Notes under the pieces: generated by a model
Told to the model about the DNA's origin: nothing
What the model saw: only the letters and a program-made list of their open reading frames with translations
Databases searched by the model: none
Source of the DNA: Eledone cirrhosa
Lineage: Eukaryota
DNA length: 64,000 bases
Assembly: GCA_964016885.1 (NCBI GenBank)
Contig: OZ024742.1
Coordinates: 18,352,001-18,416,000 of the forward strand
Direction of reading: 5' to 3'
Made by a program: the position numbers and the translations under genes
Shown: positions 1 to 11,900 of the stretch, piece after piece
Layout of the letters: every line of letters begins with the position of its first letter
How positions within the stretch are numbered: the stretch's first letter is position 1

Positions 1-16
1 GGGTTGCGACTTACTA

Positions 17-37
17 CGTCTCTTGACAGTAGAGACG
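17..37. repeat. Internal inverted repeat of the monomer (7-bp stem, 7-nt loop); first copy shown, present in essentially every unit
   Basis: CGTCTCT (17-23) is the reverse complement of AGAGACG (31-37), with loop TGACA(G/A)T. It extends to 9 of 10 bp as CTACGTCTCT/AGAGACGAAG with one A-A mismatch. Confidence 0.95.
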
Positions 38-2129
38 AAGGGTTGCGACTTACTACGTCTCTTGACAGTAGGGACGAAGGGTTACGACTTACTACGTCTC
101 TTGACAATAGAGACGAAGGGTTGCGACTTACTACGTCTCTTAACAGTAGGGACGAAGGGTTACGACTTACTACGTCTCTTGACAAAAGAGACGAAGGGTT
201 GCGACTTACTACGTCTCTTGACAATCGAGACGAAGGGTTGCGACTTACTACGTCTCTTGACAATGGAAACGAAGGGTTACGACTTACTACGACTCTTGAC
301 AGTAGAGACGAAGGGTTGCGACTTACTAGTCTCTTGACAATAGAGACGAAGGGTTGCGACTTACTACGTCTCTTGACAATAGAGACGAAGGGTTACGACT
401 TACTACGTCTCTTGACAATAGAGACGAAGGGTTGCGACTTACTACGTCTCTTGACAGTAGAGACGAAGGGTTGCGACTTACTACGTCTCTTGACAATAGA
501 GACGAAGGGTTGCGACTTACTACGTCTCTTGACAGTAGAGACGAAGGGTTGCGACTTACTACGTCTCTTAACAATAGAGACGAAGGGTTGCGACTTACTA
601 CGTCTCTTTACAATAGAGACGAAGGGTTACGACTTACTACGTCTCTTGACAATAGAGACGAAGGGTTGCGACTTACTACGTCTCTTGACAATGGAGACGA
701 AGGGTTACGACTTACTACGTCTCTTGACAGTAGAGACGAAGGGTTGCGATTTACTACGTCTCTTGACAATAGAGACGATGGGTTACGACTTACTACGTCT
801 CTTGACAATAGAGACGAAGGGTTGCGACTTACAACGTCTCTTGACAGTAGAGACGAAGGGTTGCGACCTACTACGTCTCTTGACAATAGAGACGAAGGGT
901 TGCGATTTACTACGTCTCTTGACAGTAGAGACGAACGGTTACAACTTACTACGTCACTGGACAGTAGAGACGAAGGGTTGCTACTTACTACGTCTCTTGA
1001 TAATAGAGACGTAGGGTTGCGACTTACTACGTCTCTTGACAGTAGTGACGAAGGGTTGCGACTTACTACGTCTCTTGACAATAGAGATGAAGGGTTACGA
1101 CTTACTACGTCTCTTGACAGTAGAGACGAAGGGTTACGACTTACTACGTCTCTTGACAATAGAGACGAAGGGTTGCGACTTACTACGTCTCTTGACAGTA
1201 GAGACGAAGGGTTACGACTTACTACGTCTCTTGACAGTAGAGACGAAGGGTTGCGACTTACTACGTCTCTTGACAATCGAGACGAAGGGTTGCGACTTAC
1301 TACGTCTCTTGACAAAAGAGACGAAGGGTTGCGACTTACTACGTCTCTTGACAATCGAGACGAAGGGTTGCGACTTACTACGTCTCTTGACAAAAGAGAC
1401 GAAGGGTTGCGACTTACTACGTCTCTTGACAATCGAGACGAAGGGTTGCGACTTACTACGTCTCTTGACAATGGAAACGAAGGGTTACGACTTACTACGA
1501 CTCTTGACAGTAGAGACGAAGGGTTGCGACTTACTAGTCTCTTGACAATAGAGACGAAGGGTTGCGACTTACTACGTCTCTTGACAATAGAGACGAAGGG
1601 TTACGACTTACTACGTCTCTTGACAATAGAGACGAAGGGTTACGACCTACTACGTCTCTTGACAGTAGAGACGAAGGGTTACGACTTACTACGTCTCTTG
1701 ACAGTAGAGACGAAGGGTTACGACTTACTACGTCTCTTGACGGTAAAGAGGAAGGGTTACGACTTACTACGTCTCTTGACAGTAGAGACGAAGGGTTGCG
1801 ACTTACTACGTCTCTTGACAGTAGAGACGAAGGGTTGCGACTTACTACGTCTCTTGTCAATGGAGACGAAGGGTTACGACTTACTACGTCTCTTGACAAT
1901 AGAGACGAAGGGTTGCGACTTACTACGTCTCTTGACAGTAGAGACGAAGGGTTGCGACTTACTAGTCTCTTGACAATAGAGACGAAGGGTTGCGACTTAC
2001 TACGTCTCTTGACAATAGAGACGAAGGGTTACGACTTACTACGTCTCTTGACAATAGAGACGAAGGGTTGCGACTTACTACGTCTCTTGACAGTAGAGAC
2101 GAAGGGTTGCGACTTACTACGTCTCTTGA

Positions 2130-2950
2130 CAATGGAGACGAAGGGTTACGACTTACTACGTTTCTTGACAATAGAGACGAAGGGTTACGACTTACTACGT
2201 CTCTTGACAATAGAGACGAAGGGTTGCGATTTACTACGTCTCTTGACAATAGAGACGAAGGGTTGCGACTTACTACGTCTCTTGACAGTAGAGACGAAGG
2301 GTTACGACTTGCTACATCTCTTGACAGTAGAGACGAAGGGTTGCGACTTACTACGTCTCTTGACAGTAGAGACGAAGGGTTGCGACTTACTACGTCTCTT
2401 GTCAATGGAGACGAAGGGTTACGACTTACTACGTTTCTTGACAATAGAGACGAAGGGTTACGACTTACTACGTCTCTTGACAATAGAGACGAAGGGTTGC
2501 GATTTACTACGTCTCTTGACAATAGAGACGAAGGGTTGCGACTTACTACGTCTCTTGACAGTAGAGACGAAGGGTTACGACTTGCTACATCTCTTGACAG
2601 TAGAGACGAAGGGTTGCGACTTACTACGTCTCTTGACAGTAGAGACGAAGGGTTGCGACTTACTACGTCTCTTGTCAATGGAGACGAAGGGTTACGACTT
2701 ACTACGTTTCTTGACAATAGAGACGAAGGGTTACGACTTACTACGTCTCTTGACAATAGAGACGAAGGGTTGCGATTTACTACGTCTCTTGACAATAGAG
2801 ACGAAGGGTTGCGACTTACTACGTCTCTTGACAGTAGAGACGAAGGGTTACGACTTACTACGTCTCTTGACAGTAGAGACGAAGGGTTACGACTTACTAC
2901 GTCTCTTGACAGTAGAGACGAAGGGTTGTGACTTACTACGTCTCTTGACA
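2130..2950. repeat. 7-unit (273-bp) higher-order repeat, 3 copies
   Basis: Marker ACGTTTCT at 2158, 2431 and 2704 (spacing 273 = 7x39), with AATGGAG and CGATTT variants recurring in the same phase. Confidence 0.9.
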
Positions 2951-2994
2951 GTAGAGACGAAGGGTTGCGACTTACTACATCTCTTGACAGTAGA

Positions 2995-5900
2995 GACGAA
3001 GTGTTGCGACTTACTACGTCTTTTGACAGTAGAGACGAAGTGTTGCGACTTACTACGTCTTTTGACAATAGAGACGAAGGGTTGCGACTTACTACGTCTC
3101 TTGACAGTAGAGACGAAGTGTTGTGACTTACTACGTCTCTTGACAGTAGAGACGAAGTGTTGCGACTTACTACGTCTTTTGACAGTAGAGACGAAGTGTT
3201 GCGACTTACTACGTCTTTTGACAATAGAGACGAAGGGTTGCGACTTACTACGTCTCTTGACAGTAGAGACGAAGTGTTGCGACTTACTACGTCTTTTGAC
3301 AATAGAGACGAAGGGTTGCGACTTACTACGTCTCTTGACAGTAGAGACGAAGTGTTGCGACTTACTACGCCTTTTGACAGTAGAGACGAAGGGTTGCGAC
3401 TTACTACGTCTTTTGACAGTAGAGATGAAGTGTTGCGACTTACTACGTCTTTTGACAGTAGAGACGAAGTGTTGCGACTTACTACGTCTTTTGACAGTAG
3501 AGACGAAGTGTTGCGACTTACTACGTCTTTTGACAATAGAGACGAAGTGTTGCGACTTACTACGTCTTTTGACAGTAGAGACGAAGTGTTGCGACTTACT
3601 ACGTCTTTTGACAGTAGAGACGAAGTGTTGCGACTTACTACGTCTTTTGACAATAGAGACGAAGGGTTGCGACTTACTACGTCTCTTGACAGTAGAGTCG
3701 AAGTGTTGCGACTTACTACGTCTTTTGATAGTAGAGACGAAGGGTTGCGACTTACTGCGTATCTTGACAATAGAGACGAAGGGTTGGGACTTACTACGTC
3801 TTTTAACAGTAGAGACGACGTGTTGCGATTTACTACATCTTTTGACAGTAGAGACGAAGTGTTGCGACTTACTACGTATTTTGACAGTAGAGACGAAGGG
3901 TTGCGACTTACTACGTCTTTTGACAGTAGAGACGAAGGGTTGCGACTTACTACGTCTCTTGACAATAGAGACGAAGGGTTGCGACTTACTACGTCTCTTG
4001 ACAGTAGAGACGAAGGGTTGCGACTTACTACGTCTTTTGACAGTAGAGACGAAGTGTTGCGACTTACTACGTCTTTTGACAATAGAGACGAAGTGTTGCG
4101 ACTTACTACGTCTTTTGACAGTAGAGACGAAGGGTTGCGACTTACTACGTCTCTTGACAATAGAGACGAAGGGTTACGACTTACTACGTCTCTTGACAAT
4201 AGAGACGAAGGGTTACGACTTACTACGTCTCTTGACGGTAAAGACAAAGGGTTGCGACTTACTACGTCTCTTGACAGTAGAGACGAAGGGTTACGACTTG
4301 CTACGTCTCTTGACAGTAGAGACGAAGGGTTACGACTTACTACGTCTCTTAACAGTAGAGACGAAGGGTTGCGACTTACTACGTCTCTTGACAATAGAGA
4401 CGAAGGGTTGCGACTTACTACGTCTCTTGACAATAGAGACGAAGGGTTGCGACTTACTACGTCTCTTGACAATAGAGACGAAGGGTTGCGACTTACTACG
4501 TCTCTTGACAGTAGAGACGAAGGGTTGCGACTTACTACGTCTCTTGACAGTAGAGACGAAGGGTTACGACTTACTACGTCTCTTGACAATAGAGACGAAG
4601 GGTTGCGACTTACTACGTCTCTTGACAATAGAGACGAAGGGTTACGACTTACTACGTCTCTTGACAATAGAGACGAAGGGTTGCAACTTACTACGTCTCT
4701 TGACAGTAGAGACGAAGGGTTGCGACTTACTACGTCTCTTGACAGTAGAGACGAAGGGTTGCGACTTACTACGTCTCTTGACAGTAGAGACGAAGGGTTG
4801 CGACTTACTACGTCTCTTGACAGTAGAGACGAAGGGTTGCGACTTACTACGTCTCTTGACAGTAGAGACGAAGGGTTACGACTTACTACGTCTCTTGACA
4901 GTAGAGACGAAGGGTTGCGACTTACTACGTCTCTTGTCAATGGAGACGAAGGGTTACGACTTACTACGTTTCTTGACAATAGAGACGAAGGGTTACGTCT
5001 TACTACTTCTCTTGACAATAGAGACGAAGGGTTGCGATTTACTACGTCTCTTGACAGTAGAGACGAAGGGTTGCGACTTACTACGTCTCTTGACAGTAGA
5101 GACGAAGGGTTACGACTTACTACGTCTCTTGACAGTAGAGACGAAGGGTTACGACTTACTACGTCTCTTGACAGTAGAGACGAAGGGTTGTGACTTATTA
5201 CGTCTCTTGACAGTAGAGACGAAGGGTTGCGACTTACTACATCTCTTGACAGTAGAGACGAAGTGTTGCGACTTACTACGTCTTTTGACAATAGAGACGA
5301 AGTGTTGCGTCTTACTACGTCTTTTGACAATAGAGACGAAGGGTTGCGACTTACTAAGTCTCTTGACAGTAGAGACGAAGTGTTGCGACTTACTACGTCT
5401 TTTGACAATAGAGACGAAGGGTTGCGACTTACTACGTCTCTTGACAGTAGAGACGAAGTGTTGCGACTTACTACGTCTTTTGACAGTAGAGACGAAGGGT
5501 TGCGACTTACTACGTCTTTTGACAGTAGAGATGAAGTGTTGCGACTTACTACGTCTTTTGACAGTAGAGACGAAGTGTTGCGACTTACTACGTCTTTTGA
5601 CAATAGAGACGAAGTGTTGCGACTTACTGCGTCTTTTGACAGTAGAGACGAAGTGTTGCGACTTACTACGTCTTTTGACAGTAGAGACGAAGTGTTGCGA
5701 CTTACTACGTCTTTTGACAATAGAGACGAAGGGTTGCGACTTACTACGTCTCTTGACAGTAGAGTCGAAGTGTTGCGACTTACTACGTCTTTTGATAGTA
5801 GAGACGAAGGGTTGCGACTTACTGCGTCTCTTGACAATAGAGACGAAGGGTTGGGACTTACGACGTCTTTTAACAGTAGAGACGAAGTGTTGCGACTTAC

Positions 5901-8900
5901 TACATCTTTTGACAGTAGAGACGAAGTGTTGCGACTTACTACGTATTTTGAGGGTAGAGACGAAGGGTTGCGACTTACTACGTCTTTTGACAGTAGAGAC
6001 GAAGGGTTGCGACTTACTACGTCTCTTGACAATAGAGACGAAGGGTTGCGACTTACTACGTCTCTTGACAGTAGAGACGAAGGGTTGCGACTTACTACGT
6101 CTCTTGACAGTAGAGACGAAGGGTTGCGACTTACTACGTCTCTTGACAGTAGGGACGGAGGGTTACGACTTACTACGTCTCTTGACAATAGAGACGAAGG
6201 GTTGCGACTTACTACGTCTCTTAACAGTAGGGACGAAGGGTTACGACTTACTACGTCTCTTGACAAAAGAGACGAAGGGTTGCGACTTACTACGTCTCTT
6301 GACAATCGAGACGAAGGGTTGCGACTTACTACGTCTCTTGACAGTAGGGACGAAGGGTTACGACTTACTACGTCTCTTGACAATAGAGACGAAGTGTTGC
6401 GACTTATTACGTCTCTTGACAGTAGAGACGAAGGGTTGCGACTTACTACGTCTCTTGACAATAGAGACGAAGGGTTGCGACTTACAACGTCTCTTGACAA
6501 TAGAGACGAAGGGTTGCGACTTACTACGTCTCTTGACAATGGAAACGAAGGGTTACGACTTACTACGACTCTTGACAGTAGAGACGAAGGGTTGCGACTT
6601 ACTAGTCTCTTGACAATAGAGACGAAGGGTTGCGACTTACTACGTCTCTTGACAATAGAGACGAAGGGTTACGACTTACTACGTCTCTTGACAATAGAGA
6701 CGAAGGGTTGCGACTTACTACGTCTCTTGACAGTAGAGACGAAGGGTTGCGACTTACTACGTCTCTTGACAATAGAGACGAAGGGTTGCGACTTACTACG
6801 TCTCTTGACAGTAGAGACGAAGGGTTGCGACTTACTACGTCTCTTGACAATAGAGACGAAGGGTTGCGACTTACTACGTCTCTTTACAATAGAGACGAAG
6901 GGTTACGACTTACTACGTCTCTTGACAATAGAGACGAAGGGTTGCGACTTACTACGTCTCCTGACAATGGAGACGAAGGGTTACGACTTACTACGTCTCT
7001 TGACAGTAGAGACGAAGGTGTGCGATTTACTACGTCTCTTGACAATAGAGACGATGGGTTACGACTTACTACGTCTCTTGACAATAGAGACGAAGGGTTG
7101 CGACTTACTACGTCTCTTGACAGTAGAGACGAAGGGTTGCGATTTACTACGTCTCTTGACAATAGAGACGAAGGGTTGCGATTTACTACGTCTCTTGACA
7201 GTAGAGACGAACGGTTGCAACTTATTACGTCTCTTGACAGTAGAGACGAAGGGTTACAACTTACTACGTCACTGGACAGTAGAGACGAAGGGTTGCTACT
7301 TACTACGTCTCTTGATAATAGAGACGTAGGGTTGCGACTTACTACGTTTCTTAACATTAGAGACGAAGGGTTGCGACTTACTACGTCTCTTGACAGTAGA
7401 GACGAAGGGTTACGACTTACTACGTCTCTTGACAGTAGAGACGAAGGGTTACGACTTACTACGTCTCTTGAAGGTAAAGAGGAAGGTTACGACTTACTAC
7501 GTCTCTTGACAGTAGAGACGAAGGGTTACGACTTGCTACGTCTCTTGACAGTAGAGACGAAGGGTTGCGACTTACTACGTCTCTTGACAGTAGAGACGAA
7601 GGGTTGCGACTTACTACGTCTCTTGTCAATGGAGACGAAGGGTTACGACTTACTACGTTTCTTGACAATAGAGACGAAGGGTTACGACTTACTACGTCTC
7701 TTGACAATAGAGACGAAGGGTTGCGATTTACTACGTCTCTTGACAATAGAGACGAAGGGTTGCGACTTACTACGTCTCTTGACAGTAGAGACGAAGGGTT
7801 ACGACTTACTACGTCTCTTGACAGTAGAGACGAAGGGTTACGACTTACTACGTCTCTTGACAGTAGAGACGAAGGGTTGTGACTTACTACGTCTCTTGAC
7901 AGTAGAGACGAAGGGTTGCGACTTACTACATCTCTTGACAGTAGAGACGAAGTGTTGCGACTTACTACGTCTTTTGACAGTAGAGACGAAGTGTTGCGAC
8001 TTACTACGTCTTTTGACAATAGAGACGAAGGGTTGCGACTTACTACGTCTCTTGACAGTAGAGACGAAGTGTTGCGACTTACTACGTCTTTTGACAATAG
8101 AGACGAAGGGTTGCGACTTACTACGTCTCTTGACAGTAGAGACGAAGTGTTGCGACTTACTACGTCTTTTGATAGTAGAGACGAAGGGTTGCGACTTACT
8201 ACGTCTTTTGACAGTAGAGATGAAGTGTTGCGACTTACTACGTCTTTTGACAGTAGAGACGAAGTGTTGCGACTTACTACGTCTTTTGACAGTAGAGACG
8301 AAGTGTTGCGACTTACTACGTCTTTTGACAATAGAGACGAAGTGTTGCGACTTACTACGTCTTTTGACAGTAGAGACGAAGTGTTGCGACTTACTACGTC
8401 TTTTGACAGTAGAAACGAAGTGTTGCGACTTACTACGTCTTTTGACAATAGAGACGAAGGGTTGCGACTTACTACGTCTGTTGACAGTAGAGTCGAAGTG
8501 TTGCGACTTACTACGTCTTTTGATAGTAGAGACGAAGGGTTGCGACTTACTGCGTCTCTTGACAATAGAGACGAAGGGTTGGGACTTACTACGTCTTTTA
8601 ACAGTAGAGACGAATTGTTGCGACTTACTACATCTTTTGACAGTAGAGACGAAGTGTTGCGACTTACTACGTATTTTGACATGAGAGACGAAGGGTTGCG
8701 ACTTACTACGTCTTTTGACAGTAGAGACGAAGGGTTGCGACTTACTACATCTCTTGACAATAGAGACGAAGGGTTGCGACTTACTACGTCTCTTGACAGT
8801 AGAGACGAAGGGTTGCGACTTACTACGTCTCTTGATCATAGAGACGAAGGGTTGCGACTTACTACGTCTCTTGACAGTAGAGACGAAGGGTTGCGACTTA

Positions 8901-11900
8901 CTACGTCTCTTGACAGTAGAGACGAACGGTTGCGACTTACTACGTCTCTTGACAATAGAGACGAAGGGTTGCGACTTACTACGTCTCTTGACAATGGAGA
9001 CGAAGGGCTGCGACTTACTACGTCTCTTGTAATGGAGACGAAGGGTTGCGACTTACTACGTCTCTTGACAATGGAGACGAAGGGTTACGACTTACTACGT
9101 CTCTTGACAATAGGGACGAAGGGTTACGACTTACTACGTCTCTTGACAATAGAGACGAAGGGTTACGACTTACTACGTCTCTTGACAATAGAGACGAATG
9201 GTTGCGACTTACTACGTCTCTTGACAATAGAGACGAAGGGTTACGACTTACTACGTCTCTTGACAATAGAGACGAAGGGTTGCGACTTACTACGTCTCTT
9301 GACAATAGAGACGAAGGGTTACGACTTACTACGTCTCTTGACAATAGAGACGAAGGGTTACGACTTACTACGTCTCTTGACAATAGAGACGAAGGGTTGC
9401 GACTTACTACGTCTCTTGACAATAGAGACGAAGGGTTGCGACTTACTACGTTTCTTGACAATGGAGACGAAGGGTTGCGGCGTACTACGTCTCTTGACAA
9501 TAGAGACGAAGGGTTGCGACTTACTACGTCTCTTGACAATAGAGACGAAGGGTTGTGACTTACTACGTCTCTTGACAATAGAGACGAAGGGTTGCGACTT
9601 ACTACGTTTCTTGACAATGGAGACGAAGTGTTGCGACTTACTACGTCTCTTGACAATGGAGACGAAGGGTTGCGGCGTACTACGTCTCTTGACAATAGAG
9701 ACGAAGGGTTGCGACTTACTACGTCTCTTGACAATAGAGACGAAGGGTTGCGACTTACTACGTCTCTTGACAATAGAGACGAAGGGTTGCGACTTACTAC
9801 GCCTCTTGACAATAGAGACGAAGGGTTGCGACTTACTACGTCTCTTGACAGTAGAGACGAAGGGTTGCGACTTACTACGTCTCTTGACAGTAGGGACGAA
9901 GGGTTACGACTTACTACGTCTCTTGACAATAGAGACGAAGGGTTGCGACTTACTACGTCTCTTGACAATAGAAACGAAGGGTTACGACTTACTACGTCTC
10001 TTGACAGTAGAGACGAAGGGTTGCGACTTACTACGTCTCTTGACAGTAGAGACGAAGGGTTACAACTTACTACGTCTCTTGACAGTAGAGACGAAGGGTT
10101 GCTACTTACTACGTCTCTTGATAATAGAGACGTAGGGTTACGACTTACTACGTCTCTTGACATTAGAGACGAAGGGTTGCGACTTACTACGTCTCTTGAC
10201 AGTAGAGACGAACGGTTGCGACTTACTACGTCTCTTGACAATAGAGACGAATGGTTGCGACTTACTACGTCTCTTGATAGTAGAGACGAAGGGTTACGAC
10301 TTACTACGTCTCTTGACAATAGAGACGAACGGTTGCGACTTACTACGTCTCTTGACAGTAGAGACGAAGGGTTACGACTTACTACGTCTCTTGACAGTAG
10401 GGACGAAGGGTTGCGACTTACTACGTCTCCTGACAATAGAGACGAAGGGTTGCGACTTACTACGTCTCTTGACAGTAGGGACGAAGGGTTGCGACTTACT
10501 ACGTCTCTTGACAATAGAGACGAAGGGTTGCGACTTACTACGTCTCTTGACAGTAGGGACGAAGGGTTGCGACTTACTACGTCTCTTGAAAATAGAGACG
10601 AAGGGTTGCGACTTACTACGTCTCTTGACAGTAGGGACGAAGGGTTGCGACTTACTACGTCTCTTGACAATAGAGACGAAGGGTTGCGACTTACTACGTC
10701 TCTTGACAGTAGAGACGAAGGGTTGCGACTTACTACGTCTCTTGACAATAGAGACGAACGGTTGCGACTTACTACGTCTCTTGACAATAGAGACGAAGGG
10801 TTGCGACTTACTACGTCTCTTGACAGTAGAGACGAAGGGTTACGACTTACTACGTCTCTTGACAATAGAGACGAAGGGTTGCGACTTACTACGTCTCTTG
10901 ACAATAGAGACGAAGGGTTACGACTTACTACGTCTCTTGACAATAGAGACGAAGGGTTGCGACTTACTACGTCTCTTGACAGTAGAGACGAAGGGTTACG
11001 ACTTACTACGTCTCTTGACAGTAGAGACGAAGGGTTGCGACTTACTACGTCTCTTGACAGTAGAGACGAAGGGTTGCGACTTACTACGTCTCTTGACAGT
11101 AGAGACGAAGGGTTGCGACTTACTACGTCTCTTGACAGTAGAGACGAAGGGTTGCGACTTACTACGTCACTTGACAATAGAGACGAAGGGTTGCGATTTA
11201 CTACGTCTCTTGACAGTAGAGACGAAGGGTTGCGACTTACTACGTCTCTTGACAGTAGAGACGAAGGGTTACGACTTACTACGTCTCTTGACAGTAGAGA
11301 CGAAGGGTTACGACTTACTACGTCTCTTGACAGTAGAGACGAAGGGTTGTGACTTACTACGTCTCTTGACAGTAGAGACGAAGGGTTGCGACTTACTACA
11401 TCTCTTGACAGTAGAGACGAAGTGTTGCGACTTACTACGTCTTTTGACAGTAGAGACGAAGTGTTGCGACTTACTACGTCTTTTGACAATAGAGACGAAG
11501 GGTTGCGACTTACTACGTCTCTTGACAGTAGAGACGAAGTGTTGCGACTTACTACGTCTTTTGACAATAGAGACGAAGGGTTGCGACTTACTACGTCTCT
11601 TGACAGTAGAGACGAAGTGTTGCGACTTACTACGTCTTTTGACAGTAGAGACGAAGGGTTGCGACTTACTACGTCTTTTGACAGTAGAGACGAAGTGTTG
11701 CGACTTACTACGTCTTTTGACAGTAGAGACGAAGTGTTGCGACTTACTACGTCTTTTGACAGTAGAGACGAAGTGTTGCGACTTACTACGTCTCTTGACA
11801 ATAGAGACGAAGTGTTGCGACTTACTACGTCTTTTGACAGTAGAGACGAAGTGTTGCGACTTACTACGTCTTTTGACAGTAGAGACGAAGTGTTGCGACT

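Noticed and set aside
23-28. TTGACA in every unit as a sigma70 -35 promoter element
   Set aside because: The hexamer 17 bp downstream is CGACTT, and no TATAAT-like -10 lies at 16-18 bp spacing.
24-29. TGACAG (TALE-homeodomain site) or TTGAC (W-box core) as a regulatory array
   Set aside because: Short motifs expected by chance. The last base of TGACAG is the polymorphic position, the W-box needs TTGAC(C/T), and the host is unknown.
17-37. Paired BsmBI/Esp3I sites (CGTCTC...GAGACG) as a synthetic Golden Gate concatemer or DNA data-storage construct
   Set aside because: The 9-bp gap gives overlapping, non-matching overhangs (TGAC versus CART), and the nested, diverged duplications look like natural evolution.
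17-45. Intrinsic terminator
   Set aside because: The hairpin is not followed by a U-tract on either strand.
1-156. 4x39 = 156 bp as a nucleosome-length higher-order unit
   Set aside because: No persistent 4-unit periodicity in the variants; I saw only isolated 156-bp duplications (e.g. near 17690-17960).
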